Source: an uncultured bacterium
GTDB taxonomy: Bacteria; Fidelibacterota; Fidelibacteria; Fidelibacterales; Fidelibacteraceae
Assembly: GCA_964452375.1 (NCBI GenBank)
Contig: CAYVLJ010000001.1
Coordinates: 2,703-47,009, forward strand
DNA: 44,307 nucleotides
Reading direction: 5' to 3'
Position 1 is the first letter of the stretch. Every line of letters begins with the position of its first letter. The translations under genes and the position numbers were made by a program. The notes beneath the pieces are model-generated. The model did no database searches, was not told the origin of the DNA, and saw only the letters and a program-made list of their open reading frames with translations. Positions 42,599-44,307 of the stretch are shown piece by piece.

Positions 42599-44236
42599 AT
42601 GATTCTTTCATACCAAAATACCCAGATCGCCATTGAGCGCAACGGCACATTGTCCGGTCTGGACATCATTCGCAAACATTTTCCCGATGATGAAGGCAAG
42701 ATACTTTGTATGTCTTGTGATACTGAACTTCAAAGCCTGAACAACATCATTCTGAAAGAGATCTCAAGATGCTGTTTTTATGATATTCACGATACGCTGG
42801 GCGCGGAATGTCTTGCGGTAAGCACTACTGCTTTGATGCTGATGGCAGCCGAAGGGCTTTTCCCCGACACGCGCATATCAGTTGAACATTCATATGGGAA
42901 CGGTTTTTACTGCGAACCGGTTCATCCCGAGACTTTGCCGGATAATTTTATCGAATTACTTGAAAAAAAGATGCGCGAATATGTTCAGGCAGACCATGAA
43001 TTTGAAGAACGGGCGATCAGCCACGAAGGTTTGGAAGCGATTGAACTCAAGCGATTCGATGTTCTGAAGAATTCACCCAAGAAAATCTTCAGGATCTATG
43101 ATCTTTGCGGTTTTGCCCATTGGTTCATTTCTGCATTGGTACCGTCTGCAGGATATATAAAACAATTCCGGATCACACCCTATCAGGACGGTTTTGTCCT
43201 GGAATTCCCAAAGCAATCTTCACCCTATCGAATTCCCGAGTTTTTATCTTATCCCAACCTTTTCCAGGTGATCAGAGAAAGTGAAATGCGCGGCAATATG
43301 CTGAACATTCGTCATGTCAACGATCTTAATGAACAGGCACTCCAGGGCAAACAGGGTGAGATCATCCAGCTCTATGAAGCTCTGCACGAGAAGAAGATCG
43401 CCGAGATCGCTGATGTGATCACACATCGAAAAGGATTGCGATTTGTTTTTATCGCCGGACCGAGCGCATCGGGGAAAACCACGTTCATGAAGCGGCTTTC
43501 CCTTCAACTCCGCATCAACGGTCTGAAACCAAAACACATATCATTGGATGACTACTTTGTTGATCGCGATTTCACCCCCCTTGATGAGAAAGGGGATTAT
43601 GATTTTGAACATTTTGATGCCATTGACCATAAATTGCTCAATGATCATCTCATTGATCTGATGAAAGGCAAAGGTGTTCATCTCCCGAGGTTTCTCTTCA
43701 ACGAAGGCATGAAGGCCTTCCATAAAGAAGAAACTCTTTTGCATGAAGACGAGATCCTGATCCTCGAAGGTATACACGGTTTGAATCCCGGACTTGCAAA
43801 ACCCGTTCCCGACGCTGCCAAATTCAGGATTTACACATCCGCACTGACTCAATTGAATTTCAATCTTTATAATCGCGTTTCCACTTCCGATACGCGTCTT
43901 TTGAGGCGCATGTACCGCGATTCTCAATTCCGGGGGCATTCCCCCGAAGAAACCCTTCTGCGCTGGCCATCCGTTCGCAGCGGGGAATCCCGATGGATTT
44001 TCCCCTATCAGGAAAATGCTGATGTTTATTTCAATTCCGCCCTGGAATATGAGTGGTCGGTGTTCAGCGGTATACTAATGGACATTTTAAGCGGTATTCC
44101 CATGGACTCCTCCGTTAAAGTGGAAGCGGAACGTCTAAAAAGATTAATGGAATTGTTCGTGCCCTTCAATACGGATTATATTCCACCTACTTCCCTGTTG
44201 CAGGAATTTTTGGGTGGAAGTTCGTTTAATTATTAG
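42599..44236 (+). CDS. uridine kinase/phosphoribulokinase-family P-loop kinase fused to an N-terminal TGS / ThrRS-SAD-like region
   Basis: Walker A FIAGPSASGKTTF, and a C-terminal nucleoside-kinase-like half (ILEGIHGLNP, RRMYRD). The N-terminal about 250 aa are non-kinase. Confidence 0.7.
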   Translation: MILSYQNTQIAIERNGTLSGLDIIRKHFPDDEGKILCMSCDTELQSLNNIILKEISRCCFYDIHDTLGAECLAVSTTALMLMAAEGLFPDTRISVEHSYGNGFYCEPVHPETLPDNFIELLEKKMREYVQADHEFEERAISHEGLEAIELKRFDVLKNSPKKIFRIYDLCGFAHWFISALVPSAGYIKQFRITPYQDGFVLEFPKQSSPYRIPEFLSYPNLFQVIRESEMRGNMLNIRHVNDLNEQALQGKQGEIIQLYEALHEKKIAEIADVITHRKGLRFVFIAGPSASGKTTFMKRLSLQLRINGLKPKHISLDDYFVDRDFTPLDEKGDYDFEHFDAIDHKLLNDHLIDLMKGKGVHLPRFLFNEGMKAFHKEETLLHEDEILILEGIHGLNPGLAKPVPDAAKFRIYTSALTQLNFNLYNRVSTSDTRLLRRMYRDSQFRGHSPEETLLRWPSVRSGESRWIFPYQENADVYFNSALEYEWSVFSGILMDILSGIPMDSSVKVEAERLKRLMELFVPFNTDYIPPTSLLQEFLGGSSFNY

Positions 44237-44307
44237 TGATCTAAATCACACATTAAAAATCACGATTGTTATTCATCTTATTTTCACCTATTCTATCTTT
44301 TAGAAAC

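Overview
A 44.3-kb chromosomal window containing dnaA and a DnaA-box cluster (candidate oriC, about 13.5-13.8 kb). The genome is roughly 40% GC by eye and uses Shine-Dalgarno sites. Three proteins end in type IX secretion (T9SS) C-terminal sorting domains, which points to an FCB-superphylum-like lineage; the exact taxon cannot be determined from sequence alone. Gene density is high and I found no rRNA, tRNA, CRISPR array or transposase. The most interesting part is the left 8.8 kb, a co-directional envelope locus. It contains two tandem mini beta-barrel paralogs, system II cytochrome c maturation genes (ccsB/ccsA), and a 24-bp x4 tandem repeat array lying just upstream of and overlapping a candidate promoter. 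These are followed by a secreted pentaheme cytochrome c, a Cyc2-like fused monoheme cytochrome/outer-membrane beta-barrel, and a 1137-aa T9SS-exported propeller/cadherin-like surface protein. I read this as a candidate extracellular electron-transfer (porin-cytochrome) module. The remainder holds: umuDC; a cupin/EamA/orphan-protein operon; an unusually structured dnaA neighbourhood (170-nt inverted-repeat-closed element, perfect 15-bp hairpin, heptamer satellite, phased DnaA boxes, 29-bp inverted repeats downstream of dnaA); and a 20-gene minus-strand run (bcp, mutY, pepP-like, radC, dtd, a radical SAM/CGGC/DUF89/MBL/ICMT block, hybrid histidine kinase). Further right are a fused polyprenol-kinase-like/DUF92 membrane protein, trpS, a four-helix-bundle (23S IVS/Avd-family) gene bracketed by inverted repeats, two more T9SS cargo proteins (BNR propeller; M6 InhA-like metalloprotease), gcvPB and a TGS/uridine-kinase fusion. 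All functional calls come from motif recognition by eye; no searches were run.
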